In this document: positions 34,411-47,134 of the stretch, piece by piece
Numbering within the stretch: the stretch's first letter is position 1
How the letters are laid out: each line of letters starts with the position of its first letter
DNA from: Microthyrium microscopicum
Taxonomy: Eukaryota
DNA length: 64,000 nt
NCBI GenBank assembly: GCA_010405405.1
Contig: MU004237.1
Coordinates: forward strand, 286,191-350,190
Reading direction: 5' to 3'
Program-made: the position numbers and the translations under genes
The notes under the pieces: generated by a model
What the model was told of the DNA's origin: nothing
The model's input: the letters and a program-made list of their open reading frames with translations, nothing else
Database searches by the model: none

Positions 34411-37400
34411 GTCTGTAGCGGTTCCTGTTGTGAATGTGTGCAGCAACGCGCTTTTCGAGCTTCGAAGCTCAAGGTGCCAACGGGCTATATCCTATGGAGG
34501 ATAGAACCAGCGGCCTTCTCCACTCCACACCAGCTAGGTCGCTGGGCGACGCAACAGCTGAAACAGTATATGCTGATGAAGCTGAAAGCCGGAGGCGATT
34601 GGTATGGCTACCAAGTCCAAGTAGTCGCTATGTGAGGGAAGCGTTTTGGAGGCGTCGTGAGGTCGCGAGCTTCTCTAAGCAAATAATGACACAGAGAGAG
34701 GATGAAGATGGCAGTGGTCTGAGGCAGAAGGACGGTTAGAGTTGTTTGAGAAGATAAAGGATTAAAGTCGCAAGTGAGAAGAGGATGAGAGAGAGTTTGA
34801 TGAGGTTGCAAAGAGTTGGAGGTCGCAGACAAAAAGTGGAAGGCGCGGCTCAGACTCTTAAGCGCACGGGATCTGTGGTAAGGTCCAAGATCTGGCAGGA
34901 GCAATCCAGTTGTGCTAGACGTGGCAACCACCAGAAATAATGACCAAAGTCCAGAGACAATTTGCAATGAGAGAAATTTTATGAGGACAAGAGAAATGAC
35001 ACGACAAGTCTTCAGTGGGGGATAGAGTTGTGTGAGGGGAAAAGATGCAGGAGAGCAGAAAAGATTACAGTGGTAAACCGACAGGCAAGGTAACACTAAC
35101 AAGCAAAGTAGAAAAGCTACCGTACTAGTGAAATAGCTGGGCAACACACGATGACTTGGGCATACCTCAAAGATTTGACTGAAGAGTTAAAACTTGCTTG
35201 TGTTCGTTTGTGCGCAAGTGAAGAGTGGGGATAACCAGACTATTAGTCTATTACTGTGCAGAAATTGACAGCCAGGCCCGGAGTTAGGGACTGAGAAATG
35301 CTGACAGTAAATGGCATCCACAGACAAGGGAAAAGGTGAAAATGTGAGGCAAAGAGAGGTGACGGGCGAGGTCTGGGACCGTTATGGAATCAGAAGCCAA
35401 CACCAACAACCAACAGGTAGCAACACAGATCAAGCGGAAGGAAGATGCTGGAAAGAAATGACGAGTGGTATGACCGATCTACTCATTTCCAATCTGATAT
35501 CTTTGTAGTGCTGACCCAAAGGATACCTGCATTCAAGTTGCTAGTAGTTGGTCGTCTGCCACGGTGCTGGATCTCTTGCTGTTTGAAACTTTGAATGCTG
35601 GTCTTGCTGGAAATTCAATAATTGCAGATGGTCGTGTGCAATTGAGCCTAAGCCGTACCGAATAAAGGGCGACTAAAGTGTCGTTTGATCCTTGCTCGGC
35701 CCGACACCAGAAACACCCAAGGTCGGAATATCGGAAGATCAAAGCCAATATCAAATAAACTGAAAAAAATCGTTCCCACTTACATAAGTTCAGAATAGTG
35801 CTATTCAAGCTCAACTCCTGCGGACAAGGCGGTTGCGATTCTCTCGTCAGCCACCGGCCCTTGTAACGTCTTTGGTGTGACAAATGTTCGTACCCAACGC
35901 TCAGTGCCTGGCGGAGCGTTTTGTCTGCTGAGTGAGCGGTGAGGCTCTCCTCTGCCTGTGCAACGATGAATATTACTATTCCAGCAAGATGTCTTCAAGC
36001 TTGGAGCAAGCTGATAAGTCAAGCCGCAATTGAGGTCTTCAGCGAGGAGGCAGAGAAATAACTGTGGCCTGTTTGAATATAACGTTTATGCGAGAGAGCA
36101 AGCGATGAGAGGTAGTTGTTTGAGGATTGACAAGTTGGTTACTCGCTCGTGCTAGGAAGCAGTCGTTCGCAGTTGCGTAATACCAACAGCTTGTAGGCAG
36201 TAACAGGGCGATGGGTTGCGTACTAGCAGCTGTAGGTAACGACAGATCAAGTCACAGTTGATGATCAACTAGTTTGTACCGTGGAAGGAGGAGGAGGCAA
36301 GAGGGAGGAAGGAGGATGACAGCTACGTCGAGTCACTTCTTAGAGAAGAAGTAGCTAGATAGCAAGATGGAAGAGGTGAAGATGGAGAATAATTGAAGAG
36401 GGAATGGAAGGTTGTGGGAGCTGTGCGTGAGGCTCGCAGCACTAGGAGGAGTAGTTTGGCAGTGCGGTGGAATTTTTAGCTACCGTTCAACGGAGGATGA
36501 CCGAACCACAGAAACCACCGTAGTGAGAAGCGTCTGAGCAAGTCTGATGAATGTGACAGAGCCGCTGCACCGAGCAATGCCGTCTAGTCGTCCGACATTA
36601 TCTTATGCACGAATAACCCAGCCAGTAACCACCCACAGACTGCCGCAGTACTGTGTAAAGTGTCCTGCATTCTATTCATTATAACCGTCCTCCTTCGTAC
36701 CTGATAAAATACAAGCGCTGTGAGCGGATCTGGAGCAGCACTGCAGCAGCGAGGCAAAGCTTGCCGCGTTGCTGATTGGTCGCTCTGTCCTTTGCTTTGA
36801 ACAACTTCATCCGTCTTTTTATGCACATTCCCTCTATCAACATCCTTATAAACATCACTTAAGATATCTCTGAACTCTCTCAAAATAGATCTCAATGCAT
36901 CTACACACTACTCGTAACTCCAGTTAGACATTATCCTAGTCATCTCGTCTTCAAATCCTCTGTCCCTTCTCCGGCCATCGGCAGCTGCAATGAAAAAATA
37001 TTCATTGAGCCCGAGCTCTTCACACCAACCAGTTGACATGGACAAGCCTGGTCTTCCCGTCAATACGCTGCAAATTATCATCTAACTCTAGTCTCTATCC
37101 AGCATAGAGCCCTCTCGTGCTGCTGGCTTTTCTAGGTACTTACGGACCGTCTGTCAGTCCGTTCGCACAGCTATTAAATCTCGGGTCAGTCTTCTTTCTG
37201 CCATGTTTGGACCAGCTGTTAAAATGCCTGTCGCTTCCGCTTCCATTTGCGTAATCTGCACTTTAAACTATCCATTACATGCCAAAGAATTGATATTCCA
37301 TTATTTTATACACGCTATCAAATTTCTCAGAGCTTCTTAGAAATATACGTAGAAGCTGCTTATTTCCCCAGCCTAATTTCCGACCATTGGCTCTCGTTCT

Positions 37401-39117
37401 TTTCGTTCTCCGCAAAATCTCCTCTGCGGGCGCCCATACAGCATTCAATATTAGCACTATCAAAACCCGACCAACAGTTAACGCAAGCCTTGTCTTTCGA
37501 TCATTCATCACGCTCTCATCAAACACTGATCAACCGCGTATTCCCTATAGCAACCTGGCACCCTAGAAATGACACGCATCTACAGGCTTGCCAGAAGCAC
37601 ATCGTGATCACCCAGGCCGATCTTCTGAACTAGCTCCCATGGCAGCCTAGAACCTGCTTTTTCTCCTGGGAAAACTAGCCATGCCCACCCATCCAATCTC
37701 CAAGCGAACAGCAAAGACATTGGCCTTGTCAATAGAAATCTCACATATAGGACCCTTTCTCAAGAGCCTCGGGGCAAGCGTGGCAAGGAGTCCACGTGAA
37801 ATGCTGTTTCATATAGGTACCAGCTTCGATATTAAGCCATTATAAACTTTTCTCTCTCCTTGCCAACGAGGCTGCGTTACTGGACCCCAGTTCACACCCG
37901 GTGATCGGGCCCGTTATTGTTTGTCCTTCAATTTTATTCCACTATGGTTTTGTTGAAGATTGTGGCAAGACTCATCATCGAGAAATATCGGTTATGATGC
38001 GGTCTAGAAACGTATGTTCAGCATTAAATCGAGCTGCAAGTGATTCTCAAAGCATTTTCAGCTATTCGTGGCAGGCACGGAATTGATTCCCACAAGAAGC
38101 TTGGGAGTCGAAAGCTTAAATTTCCCCCATCTACGTTTCAAGTTGCTTGAGACAGTCGCTGGTGCTTTTATAGTCTAGGGTAGGTAATGTGTGCCTGTTT
38201 GACATGTAGTTTTTTGGCTTAGCAGAGAGCTTTGTTCCTTATAGCTGTTGCTATTAAGCTTTCTTTCTCACATTGGAACGCCGTATAACAAGAATATTCA
38301 TTCTGCATATAAGCAGATTTGCCAAATACGTTCAAGAGATTAACGCAGGCGGATATATCTTTTCCACCGCTGCAAAGATTTTGTTGTACGTAAGAATATT
38401 GTTGTTTCCTATTCTTAGGACGAACTGGTTCGTGAACGGATATAGTCTGGAGCTTGGCTAGATGCGTTCTGCGGAGAGTAGGATGGAGTATAGCTCATGT
38501 AAAGCCGAATATAACTATGAACTCGGACTTGAGCAGGTAGCTACTCTTGTTATATCATCTTGAAGCCTGCCTAAGCATACTATTGCGAGACCAAGTTACG
38601 TTATCATTCATGCACTATCATAGCCCGTATACGACTGAGCAGGCTGTCGACTCAAAGGCAATAGAGTTTGAAGCAGATGATTATACGGAACTGATCGAAA
38701 TTTGGCAGCACTGTCACATTTAGTACTGCTCAAAAATGCACTAGATACACAATCTAGAAAGAAATGGATGTACAGTTCTCAACTTCCTTAGTTTTAAGAG
38801 AATTTCCCTCAAATGCTTGCTTTTTGATTCCGATTGATACTACTAAGCTATGGAGGTTTACATCTTGATGTCATTCATATGAAGCCTTCCTTCGCTTTAT
38901 TTGTACATGTTTTTTTTGTGATTCGGTAGGCTATGCTTGTCATACTAAGCCAGCCGAGCCAAAGTCGGAGACAACGTCCAGAACATTCATCAAAGCATGC
39001 ATTAGAATTATGTATGCTGTAATACGTCCCACCCTGAATAAGTGATACGGTCTATGATGCTAAGAAGAGGTCAGCTTATGGATTGACCACCTAGGAAAAG
39101 CTTACAGGCAGTTCCCA

Positions 39118-40944
39118 TCAACCGTTGCGCCAAAGCAATCCCCGACAGTTGCGAGCTCCGCAGTGACAAGGAACCCGGGTCTTAGTCGTGTTCCCTTGTG
39201 AAGCTTGCGAAGCAAATGGAGCATCGTCACCCTGCGAGTCGGACTGCTCCTCTCCTTCAAGGTAGTCAAAGGTCAGCTCACTGCCGGCTGGAATGTCTTC
39301 CAAAGCGAAGAAGGCCGTGTTGTATCGTAGATAGTCGTTCTTGTTGTACGAGACAGCATAGACGCCACAATTGGGATCGCAAGAGTGGTTCATGAAGCGA
39401 GTGATTCCGCCCATCTTTTCTCCGTCGACGACCAACATCTGCTCTTCGAGGTCCTTGTTCCCCAGCGCCCACTTGTCCAGGTCGAAGAGATAAGACGCTT
39501 TGTCGGCAGGGCCAGATTCTTGACGGAGTTGGGCCTCGGCTACGGGAATGACTTCTCCCCAGTAGAGGTCGATGAATTGTCCTTTGATTAGATCTTGTTT
39601 GCACTTGAGACCCCAACCCCGATTTGGAGTTTTGAATATGGTCATGGGAACCTGACGGCCTTTCTGGGTGACTCGAGTTTTGCAGCTAGGTCCACACTCG
39701 CAAAGCTCGTTGCATTCGATGATGACATAACGACCTTCAAGATACTTCATTTGTAGCACCCAGAAGTCTGAATTGTTTGGCTTTTTGTAAGGGAACTTTC
39801 GGATGGGATGATCCTCGAGACAATCACACTTGTTGACATATTCGCATCCCATATTGCGGCCCATTTGAGGTCGGCAAGAGCTACAGCCAACTTGCGTGTC
39901 CTGAAAATTGACAGCGTCTGTGGCTGGGTCGAGAAAGACGTAACTGTCCATTAGCTTGAAGCTAAGAGGTGGAGACGATGAATCCAGGTCGTTGACAATG
40001 CTATCAATGCCTCCAGGTTTCTGGCTGCAATAATGCGCCAGCTTCTTCTCAAACTCCGCACGTATAACGCGCTCGGCGAAAGCTACGGATACATCCGCGG
40101 CATGGGCTAGCATAGCTGTTGTAGGTAGAAGACTGCTGTCGATGCCATTTTCTGCAACCTGTAACAGTGAGTGAGCGAAGCATTACGTCGCAATGGGGAA
40201 AGAAGACTTACGGGTTGCACACTAATACGACGTTTGCTAATCGACAACCGGCAGTTGAAGGTATCTCGATTATCTAGGATTTGTGTCCTATTTGGAGGGC
40301 GGATGGTGTTGCTCAAAGAGCTGTCCTCCCGAAAGATCGGAGCAAGTCGTAGGGGAATCTCATGATTGGAAATAGGCGATTGTTTCCGTTTTAGCGTATT
40401 CTCATGAGGATGTCTAAGAAGGTTGATTAGCACATTAGAGTTAGGCCAAAGGTGAGAGATACAAACTGGGAGAGTCGTGTTGTAGAAAGACCATTATCTT
40501 GGATATAATTTTGCACGTGAAGAAGAGCATCTGAGCGCTTCAGGACAGCGAGCGAGTGCCAGGAATAGGGTGCAATTGATCGCGGCAAAGCAACATCGAG
40601 TTTCCATTTGACTAAAAACTCTCGACTTTCCTGAGCAGGCTTATATTAGCGCATAATTAATGTTTAGAATGTAAAGCAAACTCACTCGGTGACACACAAT
40701 TACTTCGATCTAGATCTCCAAGATTAGCATGAGTAAGCACGGATTAGGACATCAGGGGTAAGAGCAGAAACAAGCTTCAAGCAGAACGCTGCTTATAATT
40801 GCCTAAACCTGAGTCATTGAGGAAACTCACATCTTTTGATCGAATGTAGATATCTGTATTTTCGACCATGATCATAGCAGTGGTCTTAGAGGATATCTTT
40901 TGCTGGTCTTTGGATTCGTCAAAACTAGAGACGAGCGGCGGCAT
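39118..40944 (-). CDS. dim-5: Histone H3K9 methyltransferase, DIM-5/Clr4/KMT1 family, with N-terminal chromodomain-like region (5 exons)
   Basis: Pre-SET Cys cluster, ECNELCECG, GWGL, RFMNHSCDPN, ELTFDY, post-SET CHCGARNCRG. Four upstream exons splice in frame from ATG 40944. Confidence 0.9.
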
Positions 40945-41751
40945 GCCGCTTTATCTTTCTAACGCTAAATTGAAAAAGGATTATTAGCAAACGTAAGCAC
41001 ACGCCAAAATTAATCAATTCTTACTAGAATTCCAAAGGAAAACAAGCGGCTTGTTCATACGCGCTGTCAGGTCAATGTTATTGTTATTTAGAAGTTAGGT
41101 ATTTGCAAGCAGCGCTAGACTTCGAGTTTTTATATATAACACGTGACTCTGTGTAAAGCTTAGTAGTATATAAAACGCACGCTTATTAATCTTTATCTTT
41201 ATACTTACTAAGCTCTAGAAAAGCATATAAAATAATAGATAGGTATTTACTTTAAATTCCTTATTTATTTATTTATAATTAGATAGACGTTTATACCGAC
41301 TTCTGCCTCCTAAAAGCGCGTATGTCCGCTTCAATTCAAAGAGTATTTATTTCTATAGCTTCTTATGTCTCTACGTTCTTTACAACTCTCTTTCTTAAAG
41401 GCGAAAAGAGAACGATCTTTTCCTGTCAATGAATTGCATATTTTCTTTGATTTATGCTTACCGCATCCTACCCAAGTAACTATATCAATTGACTATGTCG
41501 AATATTCTACGACCATGATACTCAATTCAAATAGGTATCCAAGGATTACATAAGCATCCCAGTTTGTGTAGTCGGCTCCTCATGCCGAAGTGAACAACGC
41601 GTTGAGGAGGCTGAAGCTAGTTTCATTAATCTCATAACATTCTTGTGCTTTTCGATAGCCAATGCTCTATATATCTTGCAGTATCTTTCAAGCATAATTA
41701 GACTCACAGTGCAGGCCTCCACGATAACAGAAACATACCAGTCCCGATAAG

Positions 41752-42547
41752 ATGTCAAAGGCCGCCATAACCACCCTGGTTCTAGGAACGATCACGTCCG
41801 TATACCTGTACAAGGACTATCAAACCTACATGTCTATGGGCCCTGGAGGTATTCCTCACAATGCAGTCGGATGGGCAATCGCGTCGCTACTGAAGCCTGT
41901 CGCGTTTGGCAAGGACGTGTTATCAACAAAGCTGTACGAAGCGTCTGAGGAGCCATCATTTTTACCGGAGAACTTTCCACCAAACCGGGAGGGTGTAAGA
42001 CCAGCCATCGGTCCTCATCCAATTCCACATCGCCAACTGGATCAGCTTCCTTCTGATGAGATCAAGGCGGCATTGATCCAGAAGTATGATTCTATTGGGC
42101 AAAAAGCCGAAAGCGCGAGCGCAGTATACATCTCCATGAGCCATTTAGAAAAACATACGACCGCTCTTTACACCAAGGCTTCGCAAAATACAGCTAGTGC
42201 TATGGCTCAGTCAGATGCTCTGGACACCAAGGGAGAGTTTGCACATGTGCACTCGACCGGAGATCATTCGGTCCATGTCATCCTTTCCCCAACGGACTGT
42301 AAGTGAAAAATACTGATCAGAGTTATTCACCGCTAATATTTCCTCAGGCAAGAAGGTGATGGATGCCGGCTGGGGAGAGCGCCATACGTTCGATGGTTCT
42401 GCATTCGTTCGTGCGGCTTTAAAGAAGCCTCTGCCTATGACTTATTTGCTGATCTACGCACCCCGAACGGAGGAGGAAGTTGAGACTGTGAGCAAGATTT
42501 TAGAAGCAAGCGTGACCTATATGACCGGGTGGAATGCTGAAAAGTGA
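41752..42547 (+). CDS. Fungal luciferase-family / DUF5519-like protein
   Basis: DYQTYMSMGPGG, PHRQLDQ, EFAHVH..DHSVHVILSP.DCK.V..GWGERH, IYAPRTEEE. Intron 42299..42347. Confidence 0.82.
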
Positions 42548-42937
42548 TCGGTCTGGCGCATGGAGTCTCTAGACTCCATAACTGAGCCGGATGTGTTAAG
42601 CGCATTGTGATCGTGATCATTCAAAGGGTTGCCTGCAATTCAAATATGCAATCCAAATGCTTTCAACGTGACTGTTGAGATGCTAGCATGGAGTTGAAAG
42701 AGAAATATGTCAAGGGCAGTAACTGCTAATGGTAGGAGCTCCTAGTCACTGCTGAGCGCGTTAAATAATGTAACAAGCTTATGAGCTATTTTATACCGTT
42801 TTTAAGTCTCTTAGTAACAAATTCAAACAGCTTAGCGCGGTTAGCGCGTTTCATTATCTAGCGCGCATTTTATGACTTGACGTCGATTCCAGTAACAAGT
42901 TCCCTGGGAGCCATTCCCACCAGTGTTAAATCTCACC

Positions 42938-45001
42938 ATGACGCTTGAAGACTTTGAAAAGAGCCTAGAAAAGCCTCGCGAGCACAAATCATCCCATCGA
43001 AAGCGCTCTCGCAGCCGCGACCGAGAACGCCGCCATCGCCATCACCACTCATCCCACCATCGAGATTCGCGCCGAAAAGACGATGATCACGAAAGTTCTC
43101 GACACCGACATAAACGAAGCAGACACTCCGACGATGAACCTCCAAAGGAAACCTCTCATAAGTCAAAGCGACGGGAAGAACCTGTGGTGCAAGACGTGGA
43201 GGACGACTGGATCGAAAAAGAGCCTGCTCCCCCACCTGGCGATGAGGAGTTAGATGACATGCTGGAGCATGTAGCGGATGCAGATATGCAGCGATCTGCT
43301 TGGATGCAAACTCCCTCGTCAATGGACGTCGAATACAAGGTACAGAAAAAGAAGGAAGACAAGTCTAAGTTCAAAAGATCCGCCGAAGATGAATACAAAG
43401 CAAAGCTTCATGAGAAAAAAACCCGGCATCAGTTGGAAGATCTAAATGACTCAGATAAGCCAGAGGCACCACTAGAACCGGAGAAGCGAGCAATCACGTA
43501 TACATTCGGCGACACAGGGTCTTCTTGGCGGATGACTAAGTTGAAGAATGTCTACAGACAGGCAAAAGAAACTGGACGATCGGTTGACGAGGTCGCCTTG
43601 GACCGCTTTGGAGATATGCGGGACTTCGACGATGCTAGAGAGGAAGAAAACGAACTCGACCGGCGGAAGATGTACGGTGAAGGCTATTCAGGCAAGGACA
43701 AACCCACAGGCGAGCTCTATGAAGAGCGAGTCAAGCTGAGCAAAGAGAAGGCTCTGAACACTGCGCAAGAAGAGCAACATGCATACGATATTAGTGCAAG
43801 AGTCGAACAGGTCCCAGACGAAGAACACGCCGCTCTGGATCAGACAGCCCTCAACAAACTAAAAGCTCAAATGATGAAAGCTAAACTCCGCAAAGACCCG
43901 AACGCTGCCAAACTCGAAGAACAGTATAACAAAGCCGCTGCCGCTGCCAGCAAGAAGCCTTCTGATGTCGTTGTTCTAAATGCTATGGAAAACCGCCTTC
44001 TCGCTGGCGGCCGTCGAGGGGAAGTCACCACCATCGACAACAAACGCGGCCGTGAGCGCCGTACCGTTGAAGAAAATCATGACATGACCATCGAAGACAT
44101 GGTCCGACAGGAACGACGCACCAAGGGCCGCGGCGAAGGCTCTGCGCTCGCTGAACGGATCGCCAAGGACGGCAAATTTACAGATGACCTCGATTACCTC
44201 GATGAGAATGCCGAGAAGCTCGCTAAGCACGTCATGCGCTCCGACATCAATTTGCGCAATATGGCAATTGGCGACTTCCAAAAGCTATCACGTATCCTCG
44301 ACGCATGTCCATTGTGTCACCATGAAGACAAGGGCACTGGACCGACGGCACCAGTCATTGCACTGGGAACGCGAGCATATCTGACACTGCCGACAGAGCC
44401 AGAGTTAAGTGAAGGTGGAGCGGTCATTGTGCCATCAGCGCATCATGATAACCTACTGGACTGCGATGAGGATGAGTGGGAGGAGATCCGGAACTTCATG
44501 AAGTGCTTGATCCGCATGTATCATGAACAAGGCCGCGAGGTCATCTTCTACGAGAATGCTGCTGCTCCGCATCGCAAACCACACGCTGCTATGGTTGCTG
44601 TGCCACTTCCTTACGCTTTGGGCGAGACGGCACCCGCTTTCTTTCGCGAAGCCATGTTATCATCCGATGAGGAGTGGAGTCAGCACAAGAAGGTTATTGA
44701 TACTCTTGCGAAAGCTAAGGGTGGACTAGGCCGTGCTGCGTTCCGCAAAACCTTGGTCAAGGAGATGCCATATTTTCATGTTTGGTTTGAGCTGGATGGC
44801 GGGTTGGGGCATGTGGTAGAAGATGCTGAGCGATGGCCACGCGGAGATCTGTTTGCTAGAGAAATCATTGGCGGTATGTTGGATGTCGATGCTGCTACGA
44901 TCAAGAGACAGGGCAGATGGCAAAGACACGATAAGCGCGCGGACGGGTTCAAGAAGCGCTTCAAGAAGTTTGACTGGACAAGAGTGCTGAGTGAAGCCTG
45001 A
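42938..45001 (+). CDS. CWF19: Spliceosome disassembly factor Cwf19 (CWF19L2/CwfJ)
   Basis: RS/His-rich N-terminus; GSSWRMTKL; DMTIEDMV; CPLC; WEEIRNFMKCL; EEWSQHKK; MPYFHVWF; FDWT C-terminus. Confidence 0.93.
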   Translation: MTLEDFEKSLEKPREHKSSHRKRSRSRDRERRHRHHHSSHHRDSRRKDDDHESSRHRHKRSRHSDDEPPKETSHKSKRREEPVVQDVEDDWIEKEPAPPPGDEELDDMLEHVADADMQRSAWMQTPSSMDVEYKVQKKKEDKSKFKRSAEDEYKAKLHEKKTRHQLEDLNDSDKPEAPLEPEKRAITYTFGDTGSSWRMTKLKNVYRQAKETGRSVDEVALDRFGDMRDFDDAREEENELDRRKMYGEGYSGKDKPTGELYEERVKLSKEKALNTAQEEQHAYDISARVEQVPDEEHAALDQTALNKLKAQMMKAKLRKDPNAAKLEEQYNKAAAAASKKPSDVVVLNAMENRLLAGGRRGEVTTIDNKRGRERRTVEENHDMTIEDMVRQERRTKGRGEGSALAERIAKDGKFTDDLDYLDENAEKLAKHVMRSDINLRNMAIGDFQKLSRILDACPLCHHEDKGTGPTAPVIALGTRAYLTLPTEPELSEGGAVIVPSAHHDNLLDCDEDEWEEIRNFMKCLIRMYHEQGREVIFYENAAAPHRKPHAAMVAVPLPYALGETAPAFFREAMLSSDEEWSQHKKVIDTLAKAKGGLGRAAFRKTLVKEMPYFHVWFELDGGLGHVVEDAERWPRGDLFAREIIGGMLDVDAATIKRQGRWQRHDKRADGFKKRFKKFDWTRVLSEA

Positions 45002-45491
45002 GTTCTGATCTGACATGGCTCTCCGCGGGTTCATTCTTCTCAGTGCTGGATAGTCGAAGTCTGGAAGTTCAAGTCTCTAACAATAGGTCCTTTGGCACAA
45101 TATATTGCAGGAGTAGAGCTCAGAACTGTAGAAAGCCATATTCCCTTTCTCTCACAAAATGGCTTTCAAACTCTATTATATTGGCTGTATTCTTCAAGCT
45201 TGACAAAAGCTTTTGTGAAGGTATTTTGACATTGAGAAATCAATCCTTCTGCCTACGGCATCGAAGGATACAGTGTCAGGAAGGGGATCGGACTTTGTAG
45301 CCTGGAAGGATTCAGTCACCTCGATCCTCAATTCCGTGGCCACTGGCCGGGTCAGCGCCCAAAATTATAATGCTACATAAAAGCAGCCGTCCCAAATCTT
45401 TCCATTTATAGTCATAACCTCATATCAATTTTGTAAAACAAGAATTGGTCGGTCACGACTACGATCCTCACAACCACAGACTGATATCAAG

Positions 45492-45959
45492 ATGTCTACG
45501 CTGCAAATCATCACGTCTCCATTTCAATGTGACGCTCTCCCCCAATCCTCAGTACGGCAAGCGACTAACAGGTCTAGAACCTTTCTTACTGTGGACATAA
45601 TATTTTGCTATTTGTGGGCCACTAGAAACCAACCCCAAAGTGAAAATTTGTTACCGCCAAAGATCATTGGTTTCTTTATACTCCAAGCACTTCTTGATTC
45701 GATAATCTCGGCTGGATGGCAGAACGATGCGTTGGGTACTTGTCCATCGCTCATACCCTTCTGGTTCAAAATCATAACTACAGTACCGAGCTGGATTGGA
45801 TGGATTGGCTCGTGAGTATTTCTTCTCCTTGCCCAATCTTGGACTGACGAGAAAAGGATTGTCATATTTCTTGTTATGCCTGTGTCTAAGGCTTGGTTCT
45901 TCATGAAAGGGCTGTTGTCCTGGGTTGTTGTGATAGGATATTCATTATGCCAGGCGTAG
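45492..45959 (+). CDS. Orphan multi-TM protein, family copy 1 (short N-terminus; possibly degenerate)
   Basis: Intron 45812..45856 extends the ORF to ..PVSKAWFFMKGLL..*. Shares start context CTGATATCAARATGTC with copy 2. Confidence 0.5.
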
Positions 45960-46417
45960 ACTTGATCGTAAAGGACAATGGACTTATGGAGATGGTTGCA
46001 TGTTGCATGGTCGTGTTCAATACTCGCTGTTGGAGGAGACGATCACTTTGCGTGTTTGTTTGAGTCATAAAGATATGATGTCCAATTGCTTAGCTATTGC
46101 CTGCTTTTCGGCAATTGAAATAATACTTACTATACCATTGACACGCCATGTGGCAATCACAGACAAAGACCAACACGTCTGGACCCAAACTACTGATACA
46201 GCATGTGAAGGAACTACTCGTGTTCAAAAGGAAACTTCACGAATTGCTCAGTTCTGTTGCTCTTTGTCGTTGATGAAGCCTTCAAAGTCCTGACACAATT
46301 TTAATGATATATCTGTCATTCCTTGACCAACTGTGACGACTTTAGAGCTCTTGAAATTGGAGGGAATCTCCATCGAGGAACCACACACATACAATAACTG
46401 TAACCGCTGATATCAAA

Positions 46418-47134
46418 ATGTCAAATCGCTGGCCTCCATTAAATTCAAATCCGGGAGCGCCGAGTGTTCCTGGATCAGCTTCAATTCAGCAACTCATGAG
46501 AGAGCAAAGGCTACGTGAAGACCTTAAAGCAGCCGCGCCATGGATATTCCTACTATTGATAGGAGGAATGCTCTGGCTTCAGGCACTATTGATCAAAACG
46601 CTATTTGATCTCTTCAAGTAAGCTTCTTGATATCACTACACGGTAGAGCAACAACTAACACGTGTAGTGCTTACATTGGGCTTGTGCTGTTGACAATCTT
46701 CTACGCATCTCGCTATTATACGCGTGAGATTCATGGACGCCCAGTCAATGAACGCCCAGATCGACCTCCATTCTTTAGTCGAACCATGATGTTGCAGTTG
46801 GCAATCGATTTTGCGATATACTCTTGGCCACCGGCTGTTCCTTCGACTTGTTCACCAATAATGATCGTTCATCTCAGCCTTGCAAAGCAATTCCTCGACT
46901 ACATAGTTCCAATGTCAATGTAAGTCGTTCTCTGTCCGTGAAGCTGCCCTATCTAATAAATATAGCTGTTTGTGGCCATTACCCACCTTCGTTGACAAGC
47001 GTTGGGCTTGGTTCAAAATTGGACTGTTCGGCATTTTCTACGCTGGCTGCGTGGCGTGTAGACTTCTAGTTATGTGGGCTTGGGTCAAGGATTTCGCGAC
47101 TCGAAACTGGATAATGGGATACCTCTTTTCTTGA
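46418..47134 (+). CDS. Orphan multi-TM protein (~206 aa), family copy 2
   Basis: Exons 46418-46617, 46668-46919 and 46966-47134 with canonical phase-2 introns and CTAAY branch sites give a continuous hydrophobic ORF. Confidence 0.7.

Noticed and set aside
32945..34504. Long antisense ORFs (also 49830..50624, 27782..29344, 892..1455)
   Set aside because: Shadow ORFs opposite well-supported genes, with no independent motifs.
36500..39000. Short ORFs between LARP and dim-5 (similarly 58500-60200, 61100-62300)
   Set aside because: No motifs or consistent exon chain; no tRNA, 5S or snRNA signatures seen.
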